Source: a candidate division WOR-3 bacterium (lineage in GTDB: Bacteria; Hydrothermota; 32-111). From it: a stretch of DNA of 64,000 nucleotides. The notes below the pieces were generated by a model. It saw nothing but the letters and a program-made list of their open reading frames with translations, was not told the origin of the DNA and ran no database searches. Of the stretch, positions 37,939 to 47,227 are shown piece after piece (position 1 is the first letter of the stretch; each line of letters opens with the position of its first letter). The translations under genes were made by a program, and so were the position numbers. The stretch is from the NCBI GenBank assembly GCA_037481815.1, contig JBBFKX010000001.1:320001-384000 (forward strand). The letters are read 5' to 3'.

Positions 37939-38745
37939 TTATATTTTTAAAATTTTTGGTAATTCTCTTTTGAATCGATTTTTTTCAAAACTTGAAAGAA
38001 CTTTTAATATTTTTTCCTTCTCTATACCCAGCTTTTCGATTTTTTTTAAAGTATACTTTTTGTCAAAATACAGATAAGATATAATATCGACCGTTTTGTA
38101 ATCTATTCCCATCTCACCTTCATCTGTCTGTCCAACCCAGAGGTCAGCAGAAGGTTTTTTCAAAATTATCCTTTCAGGTATATTTAAAAATTTGGCAAAT
38201 TCAAAGATCTGTGTTTTAAAAAGTTTTCCAATGGGATTGATTGAACAGGCAAGATCTCCAAAAATAGTTCCATAACCCATTATAATCTCTGATCTGTTAC
38301 TTGTTCCGATCACAAGTGCTTTATACTTGAGAGCTCTATCGAAAAGCACTGACATCCTTTCCCTTGCACATTTGTTTCCAATTCTCAATTTCAACATATA
38401 ATCATCTGGTTTTTCTTTTTCACTGTTAAAATACGCATCGATTTGAGGTGTTATGTCTACGGTTTCATATTTGATACCAAATTTTTTTGTTAAAATTTCA
38501 ACGTCCTCATAAGAAGTTTTGGAAGTTGTTCTATAAGGCATAAAAATGGGTTTTATATTTTTTCTATCAAAAGTTTCTACAAGGATCGCAAGAACAACTG
38601 AAGAATCAATCCCTCCTGAAAGGCCTATCACACTGTTTTCAAAATTTCTTTTCTTAAATTCCTTTCTTAGTCCCTTTACAATTTTTTCTAAAATTTCTTC
38701 CCAGCTTTTTGTAATTATCTCTTTTAAAATTTTTTCTTTATCCAT
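37939..38745 (-). CDS. nadE: NH3-dependent NAD+ synthetase
   Basis: GLSGGIDS, GN..AR.RM, GTSNRSE...GYGT.FGD, PSADLW.GQTDE. Confidence 0.95.
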   Translation of the reverse strand: MDKEKILKEIITKSWEEILEKIVKGLRKEFKKRNFENSVIGLSGGIDSSVVLAILVETFDRKNIKPIFMPYRTTSKTSYEDVEILTKKFGIKYETVDITPQIDAYFNSEKEKPDDYMLKLRIGNKCARERMSVLFDRALKYKALVIGTSNRSEIIMGYGTIFGDLACSINPIGKLFKTQIFEFAKFLNIPERIILKKPSADLWVGQTDEGEMGIDYKTVDIISYLYFDKKYTLKKIEKLGIEKEKILKVLSSFEKNRFKRELPKILKI

Positions 38746-38753
38746 AGTTTTTT

Positions 38754-38781
38754 ATTTTAAATCATTAAAAATTTTAGTCAA
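38754..38781 (-). promoter_or_regulatory. Promoter TTGACT-16-TAAAAT, 8 nt before the nadE ATG (leaderless)
   Basis: Direct reading; no SD. Confidence 0.6.
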
Positions 38782-38795
38782 TATTAAGTTCAATT

Positions 38796-39617
38796 TTAAG
38801 GTTTTGAATTGAGAAAAACTACACCGAATAAAAGTAAAATAAAAATAACATACTGTTTAAAAGGTGGTCTCATTCTCCAAAAGATTATATCAGAAAAAAT
38901 ACCTCCCAACACAACTCCTCCACCAAGAAACGGATACGCAATAGATGCGGGAATACATTTTAAAGATTTAAGAAAAAAGAACGACATGAACTGGTTAGGG
39001 ATTCCTATAATGAACCCATAAAGTATGTTTTTAAAACTAATTTTTTCTTTTACGATAAGAAAAAAAATAAAATTAGCAATAAATGCTGACAAAAAAAGAA
39101 TAGATAAAAAAAAGGAGTTATCATTTTTGCCATAAACATCAAAAAATTTAAGACCTGATTCTGATATACCTGTATTAAAAAATAATAGAAATAATAAAAA
39201 TATGTTTATTTTATTTTTTAACTTTCCGATCATAAGGAGTGCAAGAATGATAAAAAGTGTTCCTAATAGCAAATTGATAGTCAATCTTTCTTTAAAAAGA
39301 AAAATTGAGAGAAATAATGGGATAATAAGAGAAACTCTCATAATGGATATCGATAAAGATATACCATTTTCTTTCACATTTTCATTGTAAATTAAAAAAT
39401 TTATAAAATAAAGCACTCCAACAATGACAGCAAGTATTATATCGATAAAATTTACAGTAATTATAAAAAAATTTGATTGAATAGTACTTATACAGGTTGC
39501 TATAAAATAGTTTGAAAGAAGTGTTGAAAGTATTGAAAATTCTTTATCTTTTTGAAAGAGTTTTAATAGATTCCCTATCGTTACAGATGAAACAATGCTT
39601 AAAATTAAAAAGAACAT
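38796..39617 (-). CDS. DMT/EamA-family transporter
   Basis: About 10 TM segments in two repeats; LFKE and G.PN..S..FL..L..IPASIAYP. Confidence 0.8.
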   Translation of the reverse strand: MFFLILSIVSSVTIGNLLKLFQKDKEFSILSTLLSNYFIATCISTIQSNFFIITVNFIDIILAVIVGVLYFINFLIYNENVKENGISLSISIMRVSLIIPLFLSIFLFKERLTINLLLGTLFIILALLMIGKLKNKINIFLLFLLFFNTGISESGLKFFDVYGKNDNSFFLSILFLSAFIANFIFFLIVKEKISFKNILYGFIIGIPNQFMSFFFLKSLKCIPASIAYPFLGGGVVLGGIFSDIIFWRMRPPFKQYVIFILLLFGVVFLNSKP

Positions 39618-39619
39618 TT

Positions 39620-40225
39620 TTAAAACAGTTTTTCAATCCTTACCTTTAAACTTTCAAATTCTTCTTTTTTAAAACCCTTTTTTATTTTTTCGAAAATCTC
39701 TTCAATATTTTTTTCAATTTCCGGTTTTATTTTCTCATATTTTTCTTCACCTTTATCTTTGAGTTCATTCAATTTTAGATTCAAATATTCAATCAACTCT
39801 TTAATCCTTTCATCAGATTTCAAAGAATCTATTTTTTCATTTAATCTCAATGAAAAAAGTTTTAAATAGTAATCGAGTTCATTTCCACCTTTAAAAATCT
39901 TTTCCTCATCAAAATTGTTGAAACCTTTTGAAGGATCATCAAGAACAACAATCTTCGCATCAGAGTCGGAGTCGATCAGATAAAAATAAGGATTATAATT
40001 TAAAATTTCCTCTTTTTCAGTTATTTTTATATGAACAAGATAATTTGAATCAAGTGACTCAATCTTATAGACAAAGCCAACAGAATCATTTTCAAAAATA
40101 ACAGGTGATTTTGGTTTTAAATTCCCAATCCTGTTGAAACTTACCTTTATATCGTTGTTTGAACAACCAAAAATTATAAAAAGTAACATTGACAACAGAA
40201 TGAATCTATAAATTCTTTTCATCAT
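39620..40225 (-). CDS. Lipoprotein with a MlaD/MCE-like domain and C-terminal helices
   Basis: Lipobox IFGC; F....L...SPV......VG.V..I pattern. Confidence 0.6.
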   Translation of the reverse strand: MMKRIYRFILLSMLLFIIFGCSNNDIKVSFNRIGNLKPKSPVIFENDSVGFVYKIESLDSNYLVHIKITEKEEILNYNPYFYLIDSDSDAKIVVLDDPSKGFNNFDEEKIFKGGNELDYYLKLFSLRLNEKIDSLKSDERIKELIEYLNLKLNELKDKGEEKYEKIKPEIEKNIEEIFEKIKKGFKKEEFESLKVRIEKLF

Positions 40226-41216
40226 TTTCGCCCTCTTCCTTTTCAAAACTCAAAATGTTTTTAAAACTTTTTTCAGTTTTCGAAAAAGATTTCTGCAATG
40301 TTTCATAACTTTTATTCAACTCGTTAACTTTTTTTTCAAGGTTCTGTAAATTCAAAGAATTCTCTTCTAAATTTTTACTCAACTTTTCAACATTTTTGAT
40401 AATCTCCTTTGAAATCTCAACAAATCTGTACTGTTTTAAACCTGCAAGGATAACATTCAAAAAAGCAAAAAATGTTGAAGGTCCTGCAAGAAGCACTCTT
40501 TTCTTCAAAAGGGTTTCAAAAAGATCGTTCTTTTCACCATTAGGATAAGTTTGTTGTATCGCTTCAATATAAATAGAATCTGAAGGAATAAAAATGATCG
40601 CAAAATCTGATGTTCCATCTTCGGGTTTTATATATTTTGAACTAACTGATTCTCCTATCTTTTTCAACTGATTTACAAAAATTTTAAAATAATCGTTTTT
40701 GAGTTTTTCATCTTTTTCAAAATAGTATCTTTTATAATCCTCAGATGGAAATTTCGAATCGATTGGTATCAAAAGATCCCTGTACTTTATAACCAGATCA
40801 ACTATATAACTATTTGGTAGTTTGAACTGTTCTTCATACATGTTTGAAGGTAAGATTTCAGAAACCAGTTCCTTTAAAATAACCTCTCCAAATCCCCCCC
40901 GGAGTTTTGGCCGATCGAAAAAATATTTTAAATCCTTTGAAAGTTCATTTGCAACTTTCTGGTCCTCACTAATTTTACTTAAAGAATCGGATAAATTATT
41001 GATTACTTTGAACGTTTCAAGAGCGTTTGTTGAAATGAGATCCTTTGTCCTTTCAATTTTCTCAATGTTTTGATTCAACGATTGAATTATCTGATCTTTA
41101 AAATAACTTTCATTCTCTTTTATCTTTGAAACTATCTTCAATTCAAAGAATTTAAAGAAAATAAAATTGATTATCACCAAAACAAGAACGACCAAAACGA
41201 ATAAAAAAATTTGCAT
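40206..41216 (-). CDS. rmuC: DNA recombination protein RmuC
   Basis: PKLRGGFGEVIL, IDSKFP, KYI.P..TSDFA..FIPS, GPSTF. Confidence 0.9.
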   Translation of the reverse strand: MQIFLFVLVVLVLVIINFIFFKFFELKIVSKIKENESYFKDQIIQSLNQNIEKIERTKDLISTNALETFKVINNLSDSLSKISEDQKVANELSKDLKYFFDRPKLRGGFGEVILKELVSEILPSNMYEEQFKLPNSYIVDLVIKYRDLLIPIDSKFPSEDYKRYYFEKDEKLKNDYFKIFVNQLKKIGESVSSKYIKPEDGTSDFAIIFIPSDSIYIEAIQQTYPNGEKNDLFETLLKKRVLLAGPSTFFAFLNVILAGLKQYRFVEISKEIIKNVEKLSKNLEENSLNLQNLEKKVNELNKSYETLQKSFSKTEKSFKNILSFEKEEGENDEKNL

Positions 41217-41222
41217 AAAAAA

Positions 41223-41250
41223 ATTATAATAGATTTTTTGAAATTAACAA
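41223..41250 (-). promoter_or_regulatory. Promoter TTGTTA-16-TATAAT, 6 nt before the rmuC ATG (leaderless)
   Basis: Direct reading. A divergent TATAAT at 41252-41257 serves the creatininase gene. Confidence 0.55.
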
Positions 41251-41277
41251 GTATAATAGAGAAAAAGGAGTGTTTTT

Positions 41278-42012
41278 ATGGAAAGAAGAATTGATAAACT
41301 CAACTGGAGAGATATTAAAAAACTGAAAGAAAAATGTGATATCGCTTTTCTTCCAATCGGAACCCTTGAAGCACATTCTATAACCTCAAACGGGACCGAT
41401 ACCATTATCCCCGAATATATTTGTGAAAAACTCGCTGAAAAACTAAATGGACTTATCTACCCTCCGGTTAATTATTCGATCACATCTTCACTTTTACCAT
41501 ATCCAGGGTCAGTTACATTGAGAGATGAAACTTTTGAAAACTTAATTCTTGATATCGCTTTATCGTTGAAAAAAGAAAAATTTAAATATCTGATAATCAT
41601 AAATGGACATGGTGGGAACAATAAGGTCTTATCAAATTTAAAGAAAAAAATCTTCCTGGAAACGGGAATGTTTGTATTCATTATACACTGGTGGATTATC
41701 GGATATCCTGTATGTAAAAAGGTTTTTGGAAAAGAAGGTGGACATGGTGGAGTTGATGAAACAGCGATGGTAAAAGTCATAGATGAAAAACAGGTGAATC
41801 AAAAATACATTAAAGAAAAAAACCTTTACAACATTTCAATAGAGGGATTTGAATCGATACCTTCTCCCGCATCAACAATACTTTATTCTGAAAATGGTGG
41901 GAAGATCGATCTTGATAAAACAAAATGTAAAAAATATGCAGAACTTGTGATACAGAAAATTGAAAAATTGATCAAAGATAATGTTCAAAAGATCGAAGAA
42001 CAATTTTTTTAA
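41278..42012 (+). CDS. Creatininase-family amidohydrolase
   Basis: LPIGTLEAH...GTD, PG, NGHGGN, HGG..ET. Confidence 0.9.
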   Translation: MERRIDKLNWRDIKKLKEKCDIAFLPIGTLEAHSITSNGTDTIIPEYICEKLAEKLNGLIYPPVNYSITSSLLPYPGSVTLRDETFENLILDIALSLKKEKFKYLIIINGHGGNNKVLSNLKKKIFLETGMFVFIIHWWIIGYPVCKKVFGKEGGHGGVDETAMVKVIDEKQVNQKYIKEKNLYNISIEGFESIPSPASTILYSENGGKIDLDKTKCKKYAELVIQKIEKLIKDNVQKIEEQFF

Positions 42013-42023
42013 AATTTTTCAAT

Positions 42024-42047
42024 AAAAAAGGGGGTTATGAAACCCCC
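42024..42047 (-). terminator. Intrinsic terminator between convergent genes
   Basis: GGGGGTT-ATGA-AACCCCC with an A6 run on the left, which is a U-tract on the minus strand. Confidence 0.7.
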
Positions 42048-42074
42048 ATTGAAATTTTGTTCTTTTTAAACTTT

Positions 42075-42653
42075 TTAATTTTTTTTCGTGTTGTTAGCGA
42101 TCATTGCGATCGCTTTAAACTGCTCAGATAAAAACCTTGTTACAATTATTATCAAAAAACTGATAACAGGCATTAAAACAATGAATACAAAATTCAAACT
42201 CAAAAAATCAAGTTTCAAACTCTGCATAAAATAACTACCTTCTTCTCCTAAAATCAAAGATACAAGTAAAGAACTTAAAAAACCAACGATACCAAGCCAT
42301 GTCCCAATCCATTCACCTACTGTTTGTAAAAAATGCGAAAATATTGGAATCACAACAAAGTCGTCTCCTATTTTTGAGATTGAAACAACTTTAAACCTTC
42401 TATCCCACCACAACTGGAAACTAACCCAACTTGCAAATGTAATTATCAACCACACTGTAAGAAATATAAAAACATATTTTGCACCACCATCAAAAATTTT
42501 ATTATCGATAGCAACATAAAGAATGTATATTGGTACAATCAGATTGACCAAAGCCAAGAACGTGTAAAGCCATAAAAAAGGTTTTTTAAAAAAATCTCCA
42601 TTGTCGATGAATTTTAGATAAGGGTTTATGAAAGCGAAGAATTTATTGTTCAT
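42075..42653 (-). CDS. Hypothetical membrane protein (about 4 TM)
   Basis: Hydrophobic segments; strong SD AAGGAGGTGA. Confidence 0.75.
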   Translation of the reverse strand: MNNKFFAFINPYLKFIDNGDFFKKPFLWLYTFLALVNLIVPIYILYVAIDNKIFDGGAKYVFIFLTVWLIITFASWVSFQLWWDRRFKVVSISKIGDDFVVIPIFSHFLQTVGEWIGTWLGIVGFLSSLLVSLILGEEGSYFMQSLKLDFLSLNFVFIVLMPVISFLIIIVTRFLSEQFKAIAMIANNTKKN

Positions 42654-42713
42654 ATCACCTCCTTGTTAATTTATTTCCAGAATTTTTAAATATCAAAAAT
42701 AGTTTAATAAAAA

Positions 42714-42786
42714 TCGGGGTGACTGGACTTGAACCAGCGACCTCTTGGTCCCGAACCAAGCGCGCTTCCATCTGCGCTACACCCCG
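42714..42786 (-). tRNA. tRNA-Pro (anticodon CGG), CCA not encoded
   Basis: CGGGGTG/CACCCCG acceptor stem, CTTGG-TTCGGGA-CCAAG anticodon arm, GCTGG-TTCAAGT-CCAGT T arm, discriminator A. Confidence 0.96.
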
Positions 42787-43427
42787 TTTTCAAAAAATCC
42801 ATATTTCCCAAGTAAAGGCACAAATCTACAGTAGTCGTATTTTTCAACCTTTATTTCACCATTTGACTTAATAACTTTTGTTAAGATCTGTAATGATATA
42901 TCTCCAAATGGCAAAACCATTATACCTTTATCTGACAACTGGTCAACAAGGTTTTTTGGTATCTGTGGAGATGCTGCAGTCACAATGATTTTATCAAAAG
43001 GTGAATAATTTGATAAACCGATGGTTCCATCACCTGTAATCAAAAAAACATTTTTTATATCAAGTTTTTTTAAATTTGACTCTGCAAATTTTTTTAATTC
43101 TGGTATCCTTTCGATTGTAAAAACAACTTTTCCAAGTTTTGAAAGTATCGCTGCCTGATAACCTGAGCCTGTTCCAATTTCAAGAATCTTATCACTTTTT
43201 TTCACCTCTAAAAGTTCAGTCATTTTTGCAACGATATAAGGTTGTGAAATCGTCTGTCCAAAACCGATGGGAACAGGAGAATCATCATAAGCAAGGTTAA
43301 CAAGTTCTTTTGGTAAAAAAAATTCTCTTGGTATCTCTTCAAATACCTTTAAAAGTTCTTCGTCCTTTATACCTCTTCTTTTTAACTGTTGTTCTACCAT
43401 CTTTTTACGCAAATCATCAAAAGACAT
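42777..43427 (-). CDS. pcm: Protein-L-isoaspartate O-methyltransferase
   Basis: GQTISQPY, LEIGTGSGYQ, GDG..G, RFVPL; follows surE. Confidence 0.96.
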   Translation of the reverse strand: MSFDDLRKKMVEQQLKRRGIKDEELLKVFEEIPREFFLPKELVNLAYDDSPVPIGFGQTISQPYIVAKMTELLEVKKSDKILEIGTGSGYQAAILSKLGKVVFTIERIPELKKFAESNLKKLDIKNVFLITGDGTIGLSNYSPFDKIIVTAASPQIPKNLVDQLSDKGIMVLPFGDISLQILTKVIKSNGEIKVEKYDYCRFVPLLGKYGFFENGV

Positions 43428-44166
43428 TTTTCGCTACCTTTTTGATTTTAGCAAGTATTTTAAAATCCGTAAGATCAAATGTAATCGGTGTTATAGAAAC
43501 ATAACCTTTTTCGATCGCCTCAAAATCTGTTCCCTTTTTTATCTTGTATGTAGGTTTCTCTCCACCTATCCAGTAATATTTTTTCCCTCTCGGATCAATT
43601 TTTGTTATGAGTGAGTCAGAATATATCCTGCTTCCAAGTTTTGTTATCTTATAACCTTTTATAGATCTGTTTGGAATATTCACATTCAAAAGCAACCTTT
43701 TTTTCTTACCAACGAGTTTTAAAAGTTCTATTATCTTTGGTATTACATCTTTTGCATAAGCAAAATCAACATTTTCAAATGCAGCCATAGAAAAAGCAAC
43801 AGAGGGTATATTCATCAAAACTCCCTCCATTGCGGCCGCAACAGTTCCAGAGTATATCACATCCTCTCCCATATTCGGTCCATGGTTTATCCCTGAAAAA
43901 ACATAATCAAATTTCTCTTTTATCAATCCATGGGTTGCTATCAGAACACAATCTGTTGGTGTTCCGGTTGTTATATATTCATTTTTACTAATTCTGTTGA
44001 TCCTCAAAGGAATCGTTAAAGTCAAAGAATGACTCGTTGCTGACTGATTCTGGGATGGAGCAACTATATAAACCTGATGTCCAAGAGAGATTAAAATCTC
44101 TTTCAAGGTTTTCAGACCTTCAGCGTAAAAACCATCATCGTTCGATAGAAGAATTTTTAAAGACAT
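43417..44166 (-). CDS. surE: 5'/3'-nucleotidase SurE
   Basis: SNDDG, GTPTDCV, SGINHG.N, YSGTVAAA. Confidence 0.96.
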   Translation of the reverse strand: MSLKILLSNDDGFYAEGLKTLKEILISLGHQVYIVAPSQNQSATSHSLTLTIPLRINRISKNEYITTGTPTDCVLIATHGLIKEKFDYVFSGINHGPNMGEDVIYSGTVAAAMEGVLMNIPSVAFSMAAFENVDFAYAKDVIPKIIELLKLVGKKKRLLLNVNIPNRSIKGYKITKLGSRIYSDSLITKIDPRGKKYYWIGGEKPTYKIKKGTDFEAIEKGYVSITPITFDLTDFKILAKIKKVAKNVF

Positions 44167-44819
44167 AACATCTCCAAACACATCCTTATGAATCTTAATG
44201 TATCAAGAATTTTGTTTATTTTTGATTTTTCATCTCCATAAATAGTTTTTATATCAACATAACCTATGTCCATCTTCATCCTGCCAGCCTTTATAAGCAT
44301 CTCCGATTCGATTTGAAACCTCTTGTATTTCAGGTTCAACTTCTTCATCGATTCGACCTTAACCATTCTGAAGCCCGATTGTGAATCGAAAACTCTCTTT
44401 GTAGCAAGAAGAGATGTTACAAGGGTGGTTGTTCTATTTGTAAGATATCTATCAAAAGGCATATTTTGAAAATTCATTTTTCTTTTTCCGATCAACATAT
44501 CATATTTTTCATAATCTTGTTTAAGAAAATTTTTTATATCATCTGGAGAATGTTGATAATCACCATCCATAAGAATAATATACTCCGATTTTCCTAAAGC
44601 GAAATTTATACCATCTATTATCGATTGACCTTTCCCCTGATTCTGAGTATGTCTTATTACATGATCAGCGACCTTTTGAGCTTCCTCAAAAGTTTTATCG
44701 TTTGAACCATCATCCACAACTATAACCTTGAATCCATATTTTTGTTTTATCTCATCGATCAGTTTTCCAATAAATCTTTCCTCATTGCACACGGGAATCA
44801 AAACCATCACTTTTTCCAT
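44157..44819 (-). CDS. Glycosyltransferase family 2 (DPM-synthase-like)
   Basis: IP..NEE, VVDDGS.D, N.GKG, MDGD.QH, DSQSGFR. Confidence 0.9.
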   Translation of the reverse strand: MEKVMVLIPVCNEERFIGKLIDEIKQKYGFKVIVVDDGSNDKTFEEAQKVADHVIRHTQNQGKGQSIIDGINFALGKSEYIILMDGDYQHSPDDIKNFLKQDYEKYDMLIGKRKMNFQNMPFDRYLTNRTTTLVTSLLATKRVFDSQSGFRMVKVESMKKLNLKYKRFQIESEMLIKAGRMKMDIGYVDIKTIYGDEKSKINKILDTLRFIRMCLEMLCL

Positions 44820-45378
44820 AAAGACCTCTTTTGTATTCATACATTTTTAAAGCATCTGGAAATAAAAATTTCTCATCCAGATTCCGATCAAAATCTCTTC
44901 CACCCTCACCTACAATAAAGAATTCATTTTTTTTAATAAAACTACTAACCTGCTCACCTGAAAGTTCAAAATTTTTGGATAATCTTTTAAAGTTATTCTT
45001 ATGTAAAAACAAGGAAAGAGAATAAGAATTTTTTCTGATCTTCAGGATTGAAAGTATTCTTTTATCACTTTTGACTGAAAATGATAGCACATCGTGAGGA
45101 TTCAATTTAATGATCTTATTTCCATCATCACCTAACACAAGACCTTTTGCAAATGCTTCACCTATTCTCATACCTGTGAGTTTTCCTACTTCAGAAAGTA
45201 TAACAACATTTTTTAAAATATTGTTTTTAAAAATATTTTTTATATCGTCGTTATCAAAAATTTCAGGAAGTTCGATCAGAAAATCTTTATCTTCGATTTT
45301 TTTAAAAATGTTAATTTCGTCACCAACCAATAATACCGAAAGTTGTGAAGTCACAGATGAAATATAAACATCTAACAT
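44782..45378 (-). CDS. Degenerate TsaB-like protein (t6A pathway)
   Basis: G..TGMRIG..FAKGL resembles the TsaB GPGSFTGLRIG motif; directly follows tsaE. Confidence 0.55.
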   Translation of the reverse strand: MLDVYISSVTSQLSVLLVGDEINIFKKIEDKDFLIELPEIFDNDDIKNIFKNNILKNVVILSEVGKLTGMRIGEAFAKGLVLGDDGNKIIKLNPHDVLSFSVKSDKRILSILKIRKNSYSLSLFLHKNNFKRLSKNFELSGEQVSSFIKKNEFFIVGEGGRDFDRNLDEKFLFPDALKMYEYKRGLYGKSDGFDSRVQ

Positions 45379-45791
45379 ACAACCCTTACCTTTCTTTTTT
45401 CATCCTGTATCTCAAAAAAAATTTTTATCAAATGATAATCAACAAGATCGATATGATCAAGGATTTCAGGCCATTCGATAAAAGTAAAATCTGAATCCTC
45501 AAAAAGATGAAATATGTCAAGTTCAAGAACATAATTTATATTTGTTATGCGATAGAGATCTATATGACTTATCCTGACTTTTTCGTTTTCATATATATGA
45601 ACAATGTTGAAAGTTGGGCTCGAAACATTTTCGATTTTGAAATGTTTGGCGAACATTCTAACCAATTCTGTTTTCCCTGCGCCAAGATTACCGTAGAGAA
45701 GTACCACAGGAGATTTTAAATTCATGTTTAAAATTAAATCAACTATTTCTCTCAACTCATCAACATTTTTTACAAAAAAAATCTTTTCCAT
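45372..45791 (-). CDS. tsaE: tRNA t6A biosynthesis ATPase TsaE
   Basis: GNLGAGKT, VSSPTF, HIDLYR, IEWP. Confidence 0.93.
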   Translation of the reverse strand: MEKIFFVKNVDELREIVDLILNMNLKSPVVLLYGNLGAGKTELVRMFAKHFKIENVSSPTFNIVHIYENEKVRISHIDLYRITNINYVLELDIFHLFEDSDFTFIEWPEILDHIDLVDYHLIKIFFEIQDEKRKVRVVC

Positions 45792-46479
45792 ATTCGTTTA
45801 TCGCTTTTAACAAAAAATCTTGATCAAAATTTGCATCTTTAATAAAATCTTTTAAAAGAAATGAGTTACCACCTGTTATCAAAATCTCAGGATCCTTTAA
45901 AACCTTTTTACCAAAACCAATAAAAGTTAATACTCCAGAAAGCCATTGCAAAAAAATTCCGTTCTTTAACGCCTGTTCGGTATTTTTTCCAATTTTTTCA
46001 TCAAAGGTGAAGGTATCGACTTTAAAAAGATTGTCTGTTCTTTTTTCAAGAGCGAATGAAATCGTCTGTAATCCTGCTGAAATGAACCCTCCAAGATGTT
46101 TTCCTTTTTCATCAATAAAATCGTAAGTGTCTGCAGTTCCAAGGTCAAGGATCAACGATGGATAAAACTTACTTTTTATAGCATAATAAACTGAAACGAA
46201 CCTGTCGATACCAATGTTGTCAAAAGAGTAATCGGATTCAAAAAGGTCCTTTTTCTTTTCAAGAAAAATCACATTGAAATCAAATTTTTTTGCAAACGTC
46301 TCTTCAAATAATTTTTTGTTTTTTTTGTTTACAGAGATAGCGTATATTCTCTCAGGAAAAAATTTTAAAATTTTTTCTGAAACTTTCTGGTCAAATGTAT
46401 AAACTTTTTTCACAACACCTTTTGAAAACAAACCAACTTTTATTTTTGAATTTCCAATATCAACAGCAACTGTTTTCAT
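45760..46479 (-). CDS. coaX: Type III pantothenate kinase
   Basis: DIGNS, GIDR, DLGTA.T.D, GG.I, TGG. Confidence 0.9.
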   Translation of the reverse strand: MKTVAVDIGNSKIKVGLFSKGVVKKVYTFDQKVSEKILKFFPERIYAISVNKKNKKLFEETFAKKFDFNVIFLEKKKDLFESDYSFDNIGIDRFVSVYYAIKSKFYPSLILDLGTADTYDFIDEKGKHLGGFISAGLQTISFALEKRTDNLFKVDTFTFDEKIGKNTEQALKNGIFLQWLSGVLTFIGFGKKVLKDPEILITGGNSFLLKDFIKDANFDQDFLLKAINEYGKDFFCKKC

Positions 46480-47222
46480 TTTAACTTTTCCCGTGTGATT
46501 CTATCGAGAATCAAAAAAAGTTTTTTTATTTCCCTATCATCAATACTTTTTGATATCTTATGGATCAATTTTGTATCCCGTCTTACAGATGGTCCTGTTA
46601 TCACATCCTTAATTTTTTTCGAACCGAGTTTTTTTATAAGAGTTTGCAATGCAGGTAAAAAGGGTTTTATTTCAAAGTTTTGAGATGTTGAAATCTGAAA
46701 TAAATTCTCGGAAATCGAAAGAAGTGTGAGTGTATAGTTTAAAGCAAACATCGAAGATAAATGATATTTTTTTCTATCTATATCTTTTAATCTTAAAAGT
46801 TTAATACTGTTTCTCTCACAAAATTCATCAATAAAATTTGACTTTTTATCAGATTCACAGGTAGCATAAATATTTTTGAATATTTCAGGTTTATCATTAT
46901 TCTGAAATGACTGAATCGGATGAAAAATTGACACATTCGATGCTCTCTTCAAAATTTTCCTTGCATGTTTCAACTCATATGAGCCGGAAACAAGTATAAC
47001 CTCTTTATCGAAATCTTTTATGATCTTTAAAACTTCTGTAATCGAATCATCATTCACAGATACCAGAATTATATCGGATGAAAAAAGTTTAGAAAGATTT
47101 AGATTCCTTTTAAATCTCTTATCGTAGATATAAAAAATTCTCTTTCCTTCAAAACATTTCTCATAATTTTTCCTAAAAATTTTTCCAAATCTTCCAAATC
47201 CTATAATAGATAACTTTTCCAT
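46476..47222 (-). CDS. Rossmann-like plus DUF2520 oxidoreductase
   Basis: GFGRFG, V.DD.I, SG, FHPIQSF, YH, TGP..R.D. Confidence 0.8.
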   Translation of the reverse strand: MEKLSIIGFGRFGKIFRKNYEKCFEGKRIFYIYDKRFKRNLNLSKLFSSDIILVSVNDDSITEVLKIIKDFDKEVILVSGSYELKHARKILKRASNVSIFHPIQSFQNNDKPEIFKNIYATCESDKKSNFIDEFCERNSIKLLRLKDIDRKKYHLSSMFALNYTLTLLSISENLFQISTSQNFEIKPFLPALQTLIKKLGSKKIKDVITGPSVRRDTKLIHKISKSIDDREIKKLFLILDRITREKLK

Positions 47223-47227
47223 AAAAA

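Noticed and set aside
42075..42713. Island integrated at tRNA-Pro
   Set aside because: No integrase and no duplicated tRNA 3' end were seen; only one membrane gene follows.
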